From Acidobacteriota bacterium (GTDB lineage: Bacteria; Acidobacteriota; Vicinamibacteria; Vicinamibacterales; UBA2999): a stretch of DNA of 64,000 nucleotides. Position 1 is the first letter of the stretch. Each line of letters starts with the position of its first letter. Shown piece by piece: positions 11,105 through 20,850 of the stretch. The position numbers and the translations under genes are program-made. The stretch covers positions 222-64,221 of the forward strand of contig CANKJK010000005.1 of NCBI GenBank assembly GCA_947482665.1, read 5' to 3'. Below the pieces are notes generated by a model. That model had not been told where the DNA came from. It ran no database searches and saw only the letters and a list, made by a program, of their open reading frames with translations.

Positions 11105-11968
11105 ATGCCAGAATGCCGCATGCTGAGCCCAAAAGACGCGCTACTGGCCGCCATGCTGGTCATGACGGTCTTCTACGCCGTGGCGTGGGTACGCCCCCAG
11201 TGGCTGGACGTGGCGGTGGGCTTTGTCACTAATTTTCTGGACACGCTGGGCGTCGGATCCTTCGCCACCACGACATCCTTCTACCGCCTCCGCAACCGCA
11301 TGCGGGACGAGTTGATTCCCGGCACTCTCAACGTGGGGCACACACTACCCACCGTCGCCCAGGCACTCATCTACATCACGCTCGTCGAGGTGGATATCGT
11401 CACGCTGACGGCCATGATCGCGGCCTCGGTGGCCGGGTCATGGCTCGGAGCGGGGTTCGTCTCGCGCCTCCCGCGTCGACAGATCCAGGCCGGCATGGGC
11501 CTCGCGCTGCTGGCCGCGGCTCTCCTGATGGCGCTCAGCGCCGCGCACGCGCTGCCTGGGGGAGGCACGGCCCTCCGGCTCGACGGATCGAGGCTGGCCG
11601 TCGGCGTCGGTGCCAACTTCATCCTCGGGGCTTTGATGACGCTGGGCATCGGACTCTATGCCCCCTGCATGGTGCTCGTCAGCCTGCTCGGCATGAATCC
11701 GACGGCGGCCTTCCCGATCATGATGGGTTCGTGCGCCTTTCTCATGCCGGCAGCGAGCATCCGATTCTTCCGGTCCGAACGCTACGACCTCGGCGCCGCG
11801 ATCGGCCTCGCCCTGGGCGGCGTGCCGGCCGTGCTGCTTGCGGCCTACGTCGTGAAGTCACTGCCACTGAGCTCCGTTCGCTGGCTGGTGGCGGCCGTGG
11901 CCGGCTACGCCGCGGTCACGTTGATTCGCTCAGGGTTCGGGCGCCTGAGACCAACCGTCCAGAGCTAG
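11105..11968 (+). CDS. TauE/SafE-family (sulfite exporter-like) membrane protein
   Basis: 287 aa and polytopic. FLDTLGVGSFATTTSFY and the C-terminal repeat ALMTLGIGLYAP...GGVPAVLLAAYVV are typical of the family. The start could instead be the ATG at 11120. Confidence 0.75.
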   Translation: MPECRMLSPKDALLAAMLVMTVFYAVAWVRPQWLDVAVGFVTNFLDTLGVGSFATTTSFYRLRNRMRDELIPGTLNVGHTLPTVAQALIYITLVEVDIVTLTAMIAASVAGSWLGAGFVSRLPRRQIQAGMGLALLAAALLMALSAAHALPGGGTALRLDGSRLAVGVGANFILGALMTLGIGLYAPCMVLVSLLGMNPTAAFPIMMGSCAFLMPAASIRFFRSERYDLGAAIGLALGGVPAVLLAAYVVKSLPLSSVRWLVAAVAGYAAVTLIRSGFGRLRPTVQS

Positions 11969-12091
11969 CGCCAGACTCTCCGCGGCGGGCCTGGCGCACA
12001 CGCCCAACCTGGCCAAATCCACAGAGGACGGTTGAAAGCGCGACCGGCTCTGGTCGGCTATGATAGGCCGCCCGAATTCCAGGAGCCCTGC

Positions 12092-13483
12092 ATGGCACAG
12101 CCCCAGACCGCATTGCCCGCGAAGAAGACGCTCGGCCCGATTGAGTGGACGATCTGCGCGATCGCGGCCATCGGTTTCGCGTTCGACATCTACGAGATCC
12201 TCATGGCCCCGCTCATCGTGCGGCCGGCCCTGATCGAGCTCACGGGCGCCACACCCGGCTCACCGGTCTTCCAGATGTGGGTGGGCCGCCTGTTCTACAT
12301 CCCGGCATTCGCCGGCGGCATCTTCGGCCTTATCGGGGGCTACCTCACCGATCGGCTTGGCCGGCGGCGCGTGCTGACCTACAGCATCCTCATCTACGCC
12401 TTCGGCGCACTCGCGTCAGGCTTCGTCACCTCCGTGGAGCAGCTCCTCATCGCTCGTTGCGTCGTCTTTGTCGGCGTGTGCGTGGAGTTCGTTGCGGCCG
12501 TGGCATGGCTGGCGGAGCTGTTTCCCAATCCGGAACAGCGCGAGAAGGTGCTGGGCTACACGCAGGCCTTCTCCTCTCTTGGCGGCATTCTGGTGGCGAC
12601 GGTCAACGGCTGGTGCGTGGCCCACTCGGCGGCGCTGCCCGCCCTGACCGCCTTCGGCTCTCTGCTGGCGGACCCGCACGCGCCGTGGCGCTATACCGTG
12701 ATGTCGGGCTTCATCCCCGCCATTCCGCTGATTCTCATCCGCCCGTTCCTCCCGGAATCCCCGGCCTGGCAGGCGCAGCGAGCCGCCGGCACCCTGAAGC
12801 GGCCCAGCATCGCGGCCATCTTCTCGCCGGCGCTGCTCAAGACCACCATCGTGACCACCATCATGTACGCCATGGTCTACGGCGCGGCCTTCGGTGCCAT
12901 CCAGCAGATTCCCCAGATGGTGCCTGGACTGCCCGAGGTGCGGGAGGCCGTACAGGGACTCAAGCCGCCGGCCGCCGGCAAGATCACGCAGGAGATCGCC
13001 GCCAGCGTCACCTCCATGCAGGAACTTGGGGGACTGGCCGGACGCGTACTCATGGCGATCGGTGCGATCTATATCGTCAGCCGCAGGAAGCTCGTGCGAC
13101 TGTTCCAGATTCCAGGGCTGGTCGTGCTGCCACTGGCATTCGGCTGGGCCGCGACCTCAAGCCTCGGGGCAATGAAACCGATGGCGTTCCTGGCGGGGAT
13201 GCTGACCACCGGCCAGATGAGCTTCTGGGGTAACTATCTGCCCCGGGTCTATCCCACCCACCTCCGCGGCACGGGTGAAAGCTTCGCGGCGAACATCGGC
13301 GGTCGTCTGATCGGCACGTCGTTCGCCTGGGTCGCCGCGACGCTCGCGATCACCAGCGACAAGGCGTACGCGCCCACCAAGATGGCCCTGGTGGCCGCAA
13401 GCATTGGCTTCGGTGTCTACCTGGTCGGCTTCATCACGTCCTTCTGGCTCCAGGAACCGCCGGCCGAAGCGCTGCCGGAGTAG
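12092..13483 (+). CDS. MFS transporter
   Basis: Start trimmed to the ATG at 12092, preceded by AGGAG. About 12 TM segments are present. The MFS loop motif is GGYLTDRLGRRRVLTYS. Confidence 0.85.
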   Translation: MAQPQTALPAKKTLGPIEWTICAIAAIGFAFDIYEILMAPLIVRPALIELTGATPGSPVFQMWVGRLFYIPAFAGGIFGLIGGYLTDRLGRRRVLTYSILIYAFGALASGFVTSVEQLLIARCVVFVGVCVEFVAAVAWLAELFPNPEQREKVLGYTQAFSSLGGILVATVNGWCVAHSAALPALTAFGSLLADPHAPWRYTVMSGFIPAIPLILIRPFLPESPAWQAQRAAGTLKRPSIAAIFSPALLKTTIVTTIMYAMVYGAAFGAIQQIPQMVPGLPEVREAVQGLKPPAAGKITQEIAASVTSMQELGGLAGRVLMAIGAIYIVSRRKLVRLFQIPGLVVLPLAFGWAATSSLGAMKPMAFLAGMLTTGQMSFWGNYLPRVYPTHLRGTGESFAANIGGRLIGTSFAWVAATLAITSDKAYAPTKMALVAASIGFGVYLVGFITSFWLQEPPAEALPE

Positions 13484-13517
13484 TGAGCGCCGCCTAGACC
13501 GGCGCCGCGGGCCAGAC

Positions 13518-13830
13518 TCAGCGGCTGAGCGCGGTGATGATCACATCCATCGCGATGGCATAACCGCGCGGTGAGAATCGGTAGAAGTACGCCGGGTCCT
13601 CCCCTTCGCGCTCCCATGAATCAGCGATATCCGTGTTGTGGGACATGAGCACCATGATGCGGCCGTGTGCATCGCGGATGGCCCGGAGGTGCGCCACCCC
13701 CTCCCCATTGGCTCATTCCGGACCTGGGTGTACTTCAGCCGACAGAAGGTTAGGTCCTGAGGTGGGGGACTCCGCCGTGCGCCGCGACAACCGTCAGTAG
13801 CGCCAGACGCCTCGGCATCGAGCGCCAGCC
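13518..13830 (-). pseudogene. Decayed DUF4159 gene remnant (pieces in three frames, large internal deletion)
   Basis: Minus strand, frame 1: MPRRLALLTVVAAHGG...stop (signal-peptide-like). Frame 2: PPPQDLTFCRLKYTQVRNEPMGRGW, matching the N-terminal motif FAFCKLMYNSVRREPMGIGWW of the intact copy at 55260-56072. Frame 3: IRDAHGRIMVLMSHNTDIADSWEREGEDPAYFYRFSPRGYAIAMDVIITALSR-stop, matching that copy's C-terminus (HGRVMVAMTFNTDMGDSWEREEEDPEFFKRFSVEGYELGVDMVLYALTH). Confidence 0.6.
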
Positions 13831-13914
13831 TACCGCAATCCACGGGAGAAAAGGCATACCCGTTGGAGATAACCGCAGTACCATGAAGGGACTTTTCATG
13901 GCCGTGGATTTCTG

Positions 13915-15090
13915 GTGGCGCTGATTCGAAGGCTCGCTCGCGCTGCACGCCGTCAGCTGTGGCCCCCCGTAGAACCCGCGCTCGTCACAGCCGGGCGCGA
14001 GGGGGAAGTTACGGCTGCGCAGGCGCGCATTGCCCTGGCCATTCTGCTCAGCGCCAGTCCCCTCGTCACGCTCTACCAGAATCCTCACGCCTCCCAGGCC
14101 CTCCTGGTGCTGCCGCTCGTCCCGCTGTTTGTCGCGGTCGGGTTCTGGACCCTGTGGCTCGCCAAGCGGGAACCCTATCCCGACTGGGCCAGCTACGCCG
14201 GTTCGTTCGTCGACGTCACGGTCATTTCGGCCTATCAGGCCATGCTGTTTCTCAACGGCATGGCGTTCATGGCCTTGGGTAGCCGCGTCACCTTCACCCT
14301 CTACGTCTTTGTCATCATCGGGACGGGACTGCGCTACGACCCCAGGCTCGCAGTCACGACAGGCGTGCTGTCTGCCATCCAATGGATGGCGGTCATCATC
14401 TGGGCCAACGCAACCGGGCTGGGCATCACAGCCGTGGAGAGCGGTCGTTTTTATCCGACAACCCGACTGGGTGGACAGTTCGAGGAACTGGTCGTGCTGG
14501 CGGCGTCCACCGTCCTCGCACTGATGATCGTGGGGCGGTCGCGCGAAATCCGCCTCTCCTCCGTGCTGGACGGGCTCACGCGACTGCTGAACAAGTCGCA
14601 CTTCGAGGAGCGCTTCGCATTGGAATTGGAGCGCTCGATCCGCCACGGCCGCCCGCTGGCGCTCGCAATTCTCGACCTCGATCGTTTCAAGGCCATCAAC
14701 GACACGATGGGACACCCGGCCGGTGATGCGGTCATCTTCGAAGCGGCAGACCGACTGCGAAAGAAGGTGCGGCGGACCGATCTGGTGGCGCGGCTCGGAG
14801 GCGACGAATTTGCGGTCGTGCTCCCGGAAACTCTACCGGCAGAAGCCGTCGCGAAGGTCGAGGAGTTGTGCGCCGCCATCGGCGGAACCCCGATTGAGGT
14901 CGAACAGATCGCGGTGACGATCACGTGTTCAGCTGGCGTCGCATCCACGCCCATGGACGGCGCCTCGGTCAGCCTGCTCGTGACGTCGGCAGACAATCGG
15001 CTGCTCGATGCCAAGCGCCGCGGCCGGAATCGCGTGATCGCAGACTCGCTGTCGCCTGAGGCGCCGCCTCAGCCCAGTCTGGCGCGCTGA
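13915..15090 (+). CDS. Membrane-bound diguanylate cyclase (GGDEF)
   Basis: GTG start. The N-terminal ~200 aa is polytopic. The C-terminal domain reads LAILDLDRFKAINDTMGHPAGD...ARLGGDEFAVVLP...RLLDAKRRGRNRV. Confidence 0.9.
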   Translation: MALIRRLARAARRQLWPPVEPALVTAGREGEVTAAQARIALAILLSASPLVTLYQNPHASQALLVLPLVPLFVAVGFWTLWLAKREPYPDWASYAGSFVDVTVISAYQAMLFLNGMAFMALGSRVTFTLYVFVIIGTGLRYDPRLAVTTGVLSAIQWMAVIIWANATGLGITAVESGRFYPTTRLGGQFEELVVLAASTVLALMIVGRSREIRLSSVLDGLTRLLNKSHFEERFALELERSIRHGRPLALAILDLDRFKAINDTMGHPAGDAVIFEAADRLRKKVRRTDLVARLGGDEFAVVLPETLPAEAVAKVEELCAAIGGTPIEVEQIAVTITCSAGVASTPMDGASVSLLVTSADNRLLDAKRRGRNRVIADSLSPEAPPQPSLAR

Positions 15091-16304
15091 AACGCCCACT
15101 TCAGGGCCGGCGGCGTGACGACCGTCGTCACCACCACCATCACGACAATTGCTGAGAACACGGCCTGACTCACAACAGGCCGGCCGGCCACGGTCAGCGT
15201 CATCCCCAGGTTCGCGAAGATCAGGCCCACCTCTCCCCGCGGAATCATCCCGATACCCACCGCGAGACGATTCAGACCGGCCCCGAGCACACCAAACGCG
15301 CACATCTGCTTGCCCACGATGGCAGCCACGGTGAGCGCGGCCGCGAGCCCGAGCGCCGATGGGTCCACGAAGGCGCGCAGGTCGGTCCGAAGTCCCATCA
15401 CCACGAAGAACACCGGCACCAGAAACGATGCAATCGGCTCGATGAGTTCTTCTAATTCGCGGTCTCCGCGAGCGGTGAAATCCCGCACATGCACCCGTTC
15501 CAGCACGAGACCTGCGGCAAAGGCCCCGACGATCGGCGCCAGCCCGATCAGGTCTGCCAGCCAGGCCAGCACAAAACAGAACGAGAGACCGACCGCGATC
15601 AGGACGCCGCTCGCGTTGAGGCGAGACGCCAGCGCGAACACGCGCGGCGACAGGTGCATGCCCAGTGCGATAGCGCCCACAAGAAAGGCGGACGCCTTCA
15701 GAATCACCACACCGATCCCGGTATATGAGAGCGTCGAACCCTGATTGGCTGCCGCGAGGATACCGCTGACGACGGCCAGGATCACGAGTCCTTGCACGTC
15801 ATCGATCACGGCGGCGCCGAGAATGATCCGCCCCTCATCCGTATCCGCCCGTCCGATGTCTTTCAGGACACGCGCGGTGATGCCAACACTGGTGGCCGTG
15901 AGGGTCGCGCCCAGGAATACATGCGCGTAGATACTGGCATCGGGCAGCAACCACGCGCCCACGCCCCAGCCGAGCACGAAGGGACCAATGACGCCAAGCG
16001 TCCCGACCAGGAAGGCCGACGCCCCGACCTTCATCATCTGGGCGACGGTTGACTCGAGTCCGACTTGAAAGAGGAGAAGGACCACGCCAAGCCTGGCCAG
16101 CATGTCGACGGCCATGTCCGACTTCATGCCGTCGAACCAGGGCACGCCGGCGAGGGAGAGGTTCCCGAGGAGGATGCCGACGGCCAGTTCACCGAGAACC
16201 GCGGGCTGCTTGACGCGGGCCGCCAGGTGCCCGCCGAGCTTCGCAGAAGCCAGCACCACTGACAGTGTCAGCAGCAGCTCGGCAAACGCGCGATCAGTGA
16301 GCAT
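15069..16304 (-). CDS. Cation:proton antiporter (CPA2 / Kef-NapA-like)
   Basis: 411 aa and polytopic, beginning MLTDRAFAELLLTLSVVLASAKLGGHLAARVKQPAVLGELAVGILLG, a typical Na_H_Exchanger N-terminus. Confidence 0.85.
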   Translation of the reverse strand: MLTDRAFAELLLTLSVVLASAKLGGHLAARVKQPAVLGELAVGILLGNLSLAGVPWFDGMKSDMAVDMLARLGVVLLLFQVGLESTVAQMMKVGASAFLVGTLGVIGPFVLGWGVGAWLLPDASIYAHVFLGATLTATSVGITARVLKDIGRADTDEGRIILGAAVIDDVQGLVILAVVSGILAAANQGSTLSYTGIGVVILKASAFLVGAIALGMHLSPRVFALASRLNASGVLIAVGLSFCFVLAWLADLIGLAPIVGAFAAGLVLERVHVRDFTARGDRELEELIEPIASFLVPVFFVVMGLRTDLRAFVDPSALGLAAALTVAAIVGKQMCAFGVLGAGLNRLAVGIGMIPRGEVGLIFANLGMTLTVAGRPVVSQAVFSAIVVMVVVTTVVTPPALKWAFQRARLG

Positions 16305-16364
16305 GGAACTCCCGGGACGCTACCACAACCGGACCAGGGGGAAAGCCTGGCCCGCAGGGAAGTC

Positions 16365-16399
16365 GGCCCACGCGCGCCACCTCTGGGCACGCGTGGGCC
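16365..16399 (-). terminator. Stem-loop downstream of amt (10-bp perfect stem)
   Basis: ggcccacgcg ... cgcgtgggcc with a 15-nt loop, starting 15 nt after the amt stop. There is no U-tract, so the intrinsic-terminator role is uncertain. Confidence 0.35.
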
Positions 16400-16413
16400 G
16401 AGTCTGTGACGCC

Positions 16414-17898
16414 CTACTTCGACGCGACGTGTGGGGCGGGCGTGTACTCGTGAATGACGTACTCCGGATAGGCCAGCATGCCGTGCTCGTGCTGGTCCAG
16501 GCCCTCCAGTTCACCTTCCCTGGAGACCCGAAGCGTGCCAGTGGCCTTGACACCATACATGACCACAATGGCTGCCGCCAGCGTGGCGAGCGTGACGGCT
16601 CCGCTACCGATCACCTGGGCCATCAACTGCTCCGTCCCGCCGCCATAGAACAGTCCCTTGATGGATACGCTGGTATCGGCCCCCATCGGTCCTGGCAAGC
16701 CGAACTGCCCAGTTGCAAACAGCCCAAGAGCAAGCGTTCCCCAGATGCCGTTGGCCATATGCACCGGCACCGCACCAATCGGGTCATCGATCCGCAGGTA
16801 CTCCAGCAGGTCGGTTGCCCAGACCACGACGAACGCGGACACCGCCCCGATGATGAGGGACCCCGTCGGACTCACCCAGTAGCAGGGTGCCGTGATGGCC
16901 ACCAGCCCTGCCAGGAAGCCGTTGGTCGTCAGACCGAGATCCCATTTGCCTGTCCGGAAGTAGCTGATGAAGATGGCCACCAGCCCTGCCGAGCACGCCG
17001 CCATGGTGGTATTGAATGACACTCGCGCGATGCCCTGGATATCCATCGCCGAAAGCGTGCTGCCCGGATTGAATCCGTACCACCCGAACCACAGCATGAG
17101 GCCACCGACGGCACCCAGGATGATGTTGTGCGGCATGGGCGGCCCACCGCCATCGCGGCGGAACACGCGGCCGAGCCGGGGACCCAGCGCGATCGCGCCA
17201 ATCAGTGAGATGGCGCCACCAATGGTGTGCACGACGGTGGAACCAGCAAAGTCCCGGAACGGCACGGCCATCGTCACGAGCCACCCGTCAGGTCCCCAGG
17301 CCCAGTGGCCGATGATCGGATAGATGAAGCCCGTCACGCCGATGCTGTAGAGGATGTCGCCGACGAAGCCGCAGCGGCCGACCATCGCGCCTGAGGTGAT
17401 CGTCGAGCACGTATCCGCGAAGGCGAACTGGAATACCCAGAACGCGAGCAGCGGCACACCCGTGGTGAGGTACGTCTCTGGCAGCCCGTTCAGGAAGAAG
17501 CCCTGCAGCCCGATAAAGCCGTTGCCGGGTTCGAACATGAAGGCGAAGCCCCACGCCCAGAACGCGACACCGCAGATGCAGGTATCGATGATGCCTTCTA
17601 CGAGGATATTGATCGACTCGCGCGAGCGGGCAAACCCGGCCTCGAGCATGACGAACCCCACCTGCATGCAGAAGACCAGGAACGCAGCCACCAGTACCCA
17701 CACGGTGTTGAGGGCGTTGATCTCCGCCGTCGGCTGAGGCGCATCAGCCGCCAGGACGGGAGAACCCATCACGGCCTTGATGGCGGTGACCAACAGAATC
17801 AGGCCCACCATCTTGCCGCCCACGAGCGCTAGCACCTTGCCGCGCATCGCCGGGTCGGCGAGCACGGCCTTCAATCGCGAATACACACTGGACACCAT
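16414..17898 (-). CDS. amt: Ammonium transporter
   Basis: Start set to the ATG (complement of 17896-17898), preceded by GAGGAG-6 nt. Sequence shows NTVWVLVAAFLVFCMQVGFVMLEAGFARSRESINIL...AGSTVVHTIGG...PVHMANGIWGTLALGLF, which are Amt/MEP signatures. Confidence 0.93.
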   Translation of the reverse strand: MVSSVYSRLKAVLADPAMRGKVLALVGGKMVGLILLVTAIKAVMGSPVLAADAPQPTAEINALNTVWVLVAAFLVFCMQVGFVMLEAGFARSRESINILVEGIIDTCICGVAFWAWGFAFMFEPGNGFIGLQGFFLNGLPETYLTTGVPLLAFWVFQFAFADTCSTITSGAMVGRCGFVGDILYSIGVTGFIYPIIGHWAWGPDGWLVTMAVPFRDFAGSTVVHTIGGAISLIGAIALGPRLGRVFRRDGGGPPMPHNIILGAVGGLMLWFGWYGFNPGSTLSAMDIQGIARVSFNTTMAACSAGLVAIFISYFRTGKWDLGLTTNGFLAGLVAITAPCYWVSPTGSLIIGAVSAFVVVWATDLLEYLRIDDPIGAVPVHMANGIWGTLALGLFATGQFGLPGPMGADTSVSIKGLFYGGGTEQLMAQVIGSGAVTLATLAAAIVVMYGVKATGTLRVSREGELEGLDQHEHGMLAYPEYVIHEYTPAPHVASK

Positions 17899-17988
17899 GA
17901 GCTTCTCCTCGAAGACAGAATCATCGGATCGAGACACCACCTACCCGGGCGAACCATCGCGCGACCGAGGCGTGCTGCATTCCCTCTC

Positions 17989-18004
17989 TTCAAGATCGGC
18001 GCCA
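17989..18004 (-). promoter_or_regulatory. Possible sigma54-type -24/-12 element upstream of amt
   Basis: Minus strand reads TGGCGCcgatcTTGAA, with consensus spacing relative to TGGCAC-N5-TTGCW but GA instead of GC at -12. It lies about 90 nt upstream of the amt ATG. Confidence 0.25.
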
Positions 18005-18330
18005 AGATCGGATCAGGCGCGATTCCTAGTCTTTTCGCGGATCACGCGGAATCAGGCCACGCGCAGCCAGGCAGTACGAGACGAAGATGTCGCCATAGGC
18101 CTGAGAGAGAACAAGAATGCACGCATGCGAAAGGTGAAGCCTCAACGGCGGGACCGAGACTGACGACGAGCGGTTCTCCAGAGAGAGCCGCGACCGGGTC
18201 CTGGGCTTCCGCTGGTCACCGGAAGTCCATGCCAGACGTTTTTGTCGTAGTCGTATTGCAAAAGAACGAATTCGTCCACAGTCACCGAATCATCGTGACC
18301 TGCTGCGAGCGCCACGGCACAATCAGGCTC

Positions 18331-18912
18331 GTGGCTATCGTGCACGCGCTCCCGCCGGAGCTCGACGCCTTCCGGGCAGAATTTGACGGGTTCGCTGATG
18401 AGGCCGCAGCCCTCGCGAAACCCTTGTCGGATGATCAGTTCAACTGGCAGCCCGCACCGGACGAATGGTCCATCGCTCAGTGCCTTGAGCACCTGAATGC
18501 GACCACACGCGCCTACCTCCCCACGCTGGACGTCGGGATCGAGGAAGCCATCCGCAAGGGCGTGTACGGGCCTGGCCCCTACCACTACAACCTCATCGGC
18601 CGGCTCCTGGTCCGGTCGATGGAGCCGCCTGTGAAGCGGCGCTTCACAGCACCGAAAGCATTCCTGCCCCAGCCTCGGCGCTCCAAGGGCGAGACGCTGC
18701 CGGCTTTCCGGGCCTACCAGACGCAGCTGATTGACCGGCTTCGGCAGGCCCATGGGCTGGACCTGGCGAGGGCGAGGGTGGCCTCGCCCGTCTACGCGTG
18801 GTTGCGCATGCCGCTGGGATCAGCGTTCGGCATGATGGTGGCGCACGAACGGCGTCACCTGTGGCAGGCCCTGCAGGTGCTCGGGAAGCGGAGCTTCCCG
18901 GCGCACCGCTGA
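18331..18912 (+). CDS. DinB-family (DinB_2) metal-dependent protein
   Basis: LDAFRAEFDGFADEAAALAKPLSDDQFNWQPAPDEWSIAQCLEHL...MMVAHERRHLWQA matches the family. The ORF track starts at 18229. I prefer the in-frame GTG at 18331, which follows gTGACc-N17-CACAAT-7 nt and gives a family-typical size of ~193 aa. Confidence 0.75.
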   Translation: MAIVHALPPELDAFRAEFDGFADEAAALAKPLSDDQFNWQPAPDEWSIAQCLEHLNATTRAYLPTLDVGIEEAIRKGVYGPGPYHYNLIGRLLVRSMEPPVKRRFTAPKAFLPQPRRSKGETLPAFRAYQTQLIDRLRQAHGLDLARARVASPVYAWLRMPLGSAFGMMVAHERRHLWQALQVLGKRSFPAHR

Positions 18913-18915
18913 ACC

Positions 18916-20772
18916 CTACTTCCCGGCTCGCACGGCGGCCACGATGTGCCGCGCCGAGATCCCGTAACGATCGACGAGTTCCTCGGGCGTGCCGCTGCGC
19001 GGAATCTCCCGCACGGCCAGGCGCGTCACGGTGAAGCCGGCGCTGGCGACAGCGCTGGCGACCGCATCGCCAATGCCACCCGCAGCGTAGTGGTCCTCCA
19101 CCGTGATGAGCCGGCCTCCCGAGGCCTTCGCGCACGCCACCAGGGCGGCCGCATCGACCGGCTGCACGGAGTACAAATCCACCACGCGGATCGGCAGACC
19201 CTCCGCCTTCAGCTGGTCATAAGCCTTCAGCGCCTCGAAGACGGTGATGCCCGCACCAATCACGGTCGCGACATCCGCCTCGCTGGAGCGCAGAACCTTA
19301 AGACCGCCGATCGGGAACTGCTCATCGGGACCGTAGATGACGGGCGTCTTCGGCCGCGACGTCCGCATGTAGGCGGGCCCTGGCGTGGCGGCCATGGCCG
19401 CCACGAGCCGGTCAGTGCTGACCGCGTCGCACGGATAGAGCACGGCGATGTTCGGCTGCGCGCGCATCATCGCCAGATCCTCAAGCGCCATCTGCGACGG
19501 GCCATCTTCTCCGATTGAGACACCGGCATGAGACCCGGCCATCTTGATGTTCAGATTGCTGATGGCCGCCATCCGGATGAAGTCGTAGGCCCGCGTCAGG
19601 AACGCGGCAAAGGTGGACGGGAACGGAATCGCGCCACGGCTCGCGAGCCCCATGGCCGCACCCACCATCACCTGCTCGGCGATGAAGTTCTGGTAGAAGC
19701 GCGTCTTGTCGGCCCGCTGCTCGAACTTGTCGCTGAACGTCGAGTTCTTCACGTCCGCATCCAGCGCCACGATGCGGGCATCCTGCGCGCCGAGCTTGGC
19801 AATCGCGTCGCCGTAGGCCTCGCGGGTGGCGATCAGCTCACCCAGGGCGTATGCCGGAGCAGCCACGAGACCCGGCACCGCCGGTACCTTCGGGGCCTCA
19901 GGCAGGGAGGGGACCGGCACATCCTCGGCGTCGTTGATGAATTGCGCCGTCAGTTCAGCAATGGCCTTATCGCACTCTTCGCCCTTCTTGAGGGCCTTGC
20001 CGTGCCAGCCGTTCTTGCCCTCGACAAACGAAATGCCCTTGCCCTTCAGCGTGCGGGCGAGGAGAGCCGTTGGCCGTCCCTTCGTGGCGCGGGCCGTGTC
20101 CAGGGCCGCCAGAATGGCCGGCATGTCGTGCCCGTCGATGACGAGCGCGTTCCAGCCAAACGCGTCCCACCGGACCCGGTGCGCCTCCATGTCGTGCTCA
20201 AGCTGCGTCGGGCCGCTCTGACCGAGGGCGTTGACGTCGACGATGGCGCAGAGCGAATCAAGCTTCTCGTAGGCCGCGACCGAGGCCGCCTCCCAGACGG
20301 AGCCTTCAGCAGACTCCCCATCGCCCATCAGCACGTAGGTGCGATAGTCGGCACCAATCCGGCGGGCGTTCAGCGCGATCCCAATGCCGGCGCACAGTCC
20401 CTGACCGAGGGAACCGGTGGCCACGTCAACGAACGGGAGGCGGGGCGTGGGGTGCCCTTCGAGGTCCGAATCAATCTTGCGCAGGTTCAGCAGGTCCCGG
20501 CGGGCCACAAACCCGGCCTCGGCCCAGGCCGCATAGAGAAGCGGCGCGGCGTGCCCTTTGGAGAGCACGAACCGGTCGGCCGTCGCCAACTGGGGATTCT
20601 TCGGGTCGAACCGCATCTCGGCAAAAAAGAGCGCCGCGACAATGTCGGCGGCCGAGCAGCAGGTGGACGGATGACCGCTGGCCGACTCGGTGGTGGCCAG
20701 CACGCTTTCAATGCGCAGGCGGGTGGCGATGTTCCGAAGCGCGGGAACTCGCGAGGACGTCGAAATGGACAT
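18916..20772 (-). CDS. tkt: Transketolase
   Basis: Start trimmed to MSISTSSRVPALRNIATRLRIESV...SGHPSTCCSAADIVAALFF...VLSKGHAAPLLYA...GSLGQGL...MGDGESAEGSVWEA. The 807-aa track ORF carries a spurious N-terminal extension. Confidence 0.93.
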   Translation of the reverse strand: MSISTSSRVPALRNIATRLRIESVLATTESASGHPSTCCSAADIVAALFFAEMRFDPKNPQLATADRFVLSKGHAAPLLYAAWAEAGFVARRDLLNLRKIDSDLEGHPTPRLPFVDVATGSLGQGLCAGIGIALNARRIGADYRTYVLMGDGESAEGSVWEAASVAAYEKLDSLCAIVDVNALGQSGPTQLEHDMEAHRVRWDAFGWNALVIDGHDMPAILAALDTARATKGRPTALLARTLKGKGISFVEGKNGWHGKALKKGEECDKAIAELTAQFINDAEDVPVPSLPEAPKVPAVPGLVAAPAYALGELIATREAYGDAIAKLGAQDARIVALDADVKNSTFSDKFEQRADKTRFYQNFIAEQVMVGAAMGLASRGAIPFPSTFAAFLTRAYDFIRMAAISNLNIKMAGSHAGVSIGEDGPSQMALEDLAMMRAQPNIAVLYPCDAVSTDRLVAAMAATPGPAYMRTSRPKTPVIYGPDEQFPIGGLKVLRSSEADVATVIGAGITVFEALKAYDQLKAEGLPIRVVDLYSVQPVDAAALVACAKASGGRLITVEDHYAAGGIGDAVASAVASAGFTVTRLAVREIPRSGTPEELVDRYGISARHIVAAVRAGK

Positions 20773-20850
20773 GAAACCTCGTTGAAGAGTGGGGATCAGT
20801 CTAGCAGAACGTCTCCGCGCAGACGGCGCGGAAGGGGTCATAATCCCCTC

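Noticed and set aside
13541-13948. 135-aa ORF in the track, considered as a genuine gene.
   Set aside because: It is one reading frame through the decayed DUF4159 remnant. Only ~25 residues match the family, and the rest is out-of-frame sequence.
15069-15090. 22-nt overlap of the convergent 3' ends of the GGDEF and CPA2 genes, considered as a possible antisense regulatory feature.
   Set aside because: Short convergent overlaps are common in compact GC-rich genomes, and no additional structure was seen.
18118-18138. NtrC-like half-sites (TGCAC ... GGTGAA) upstream of amt.
   Set aside because: The spacing and the second half-site do not fit the TGCACC-N5-GGTGCA consensus.
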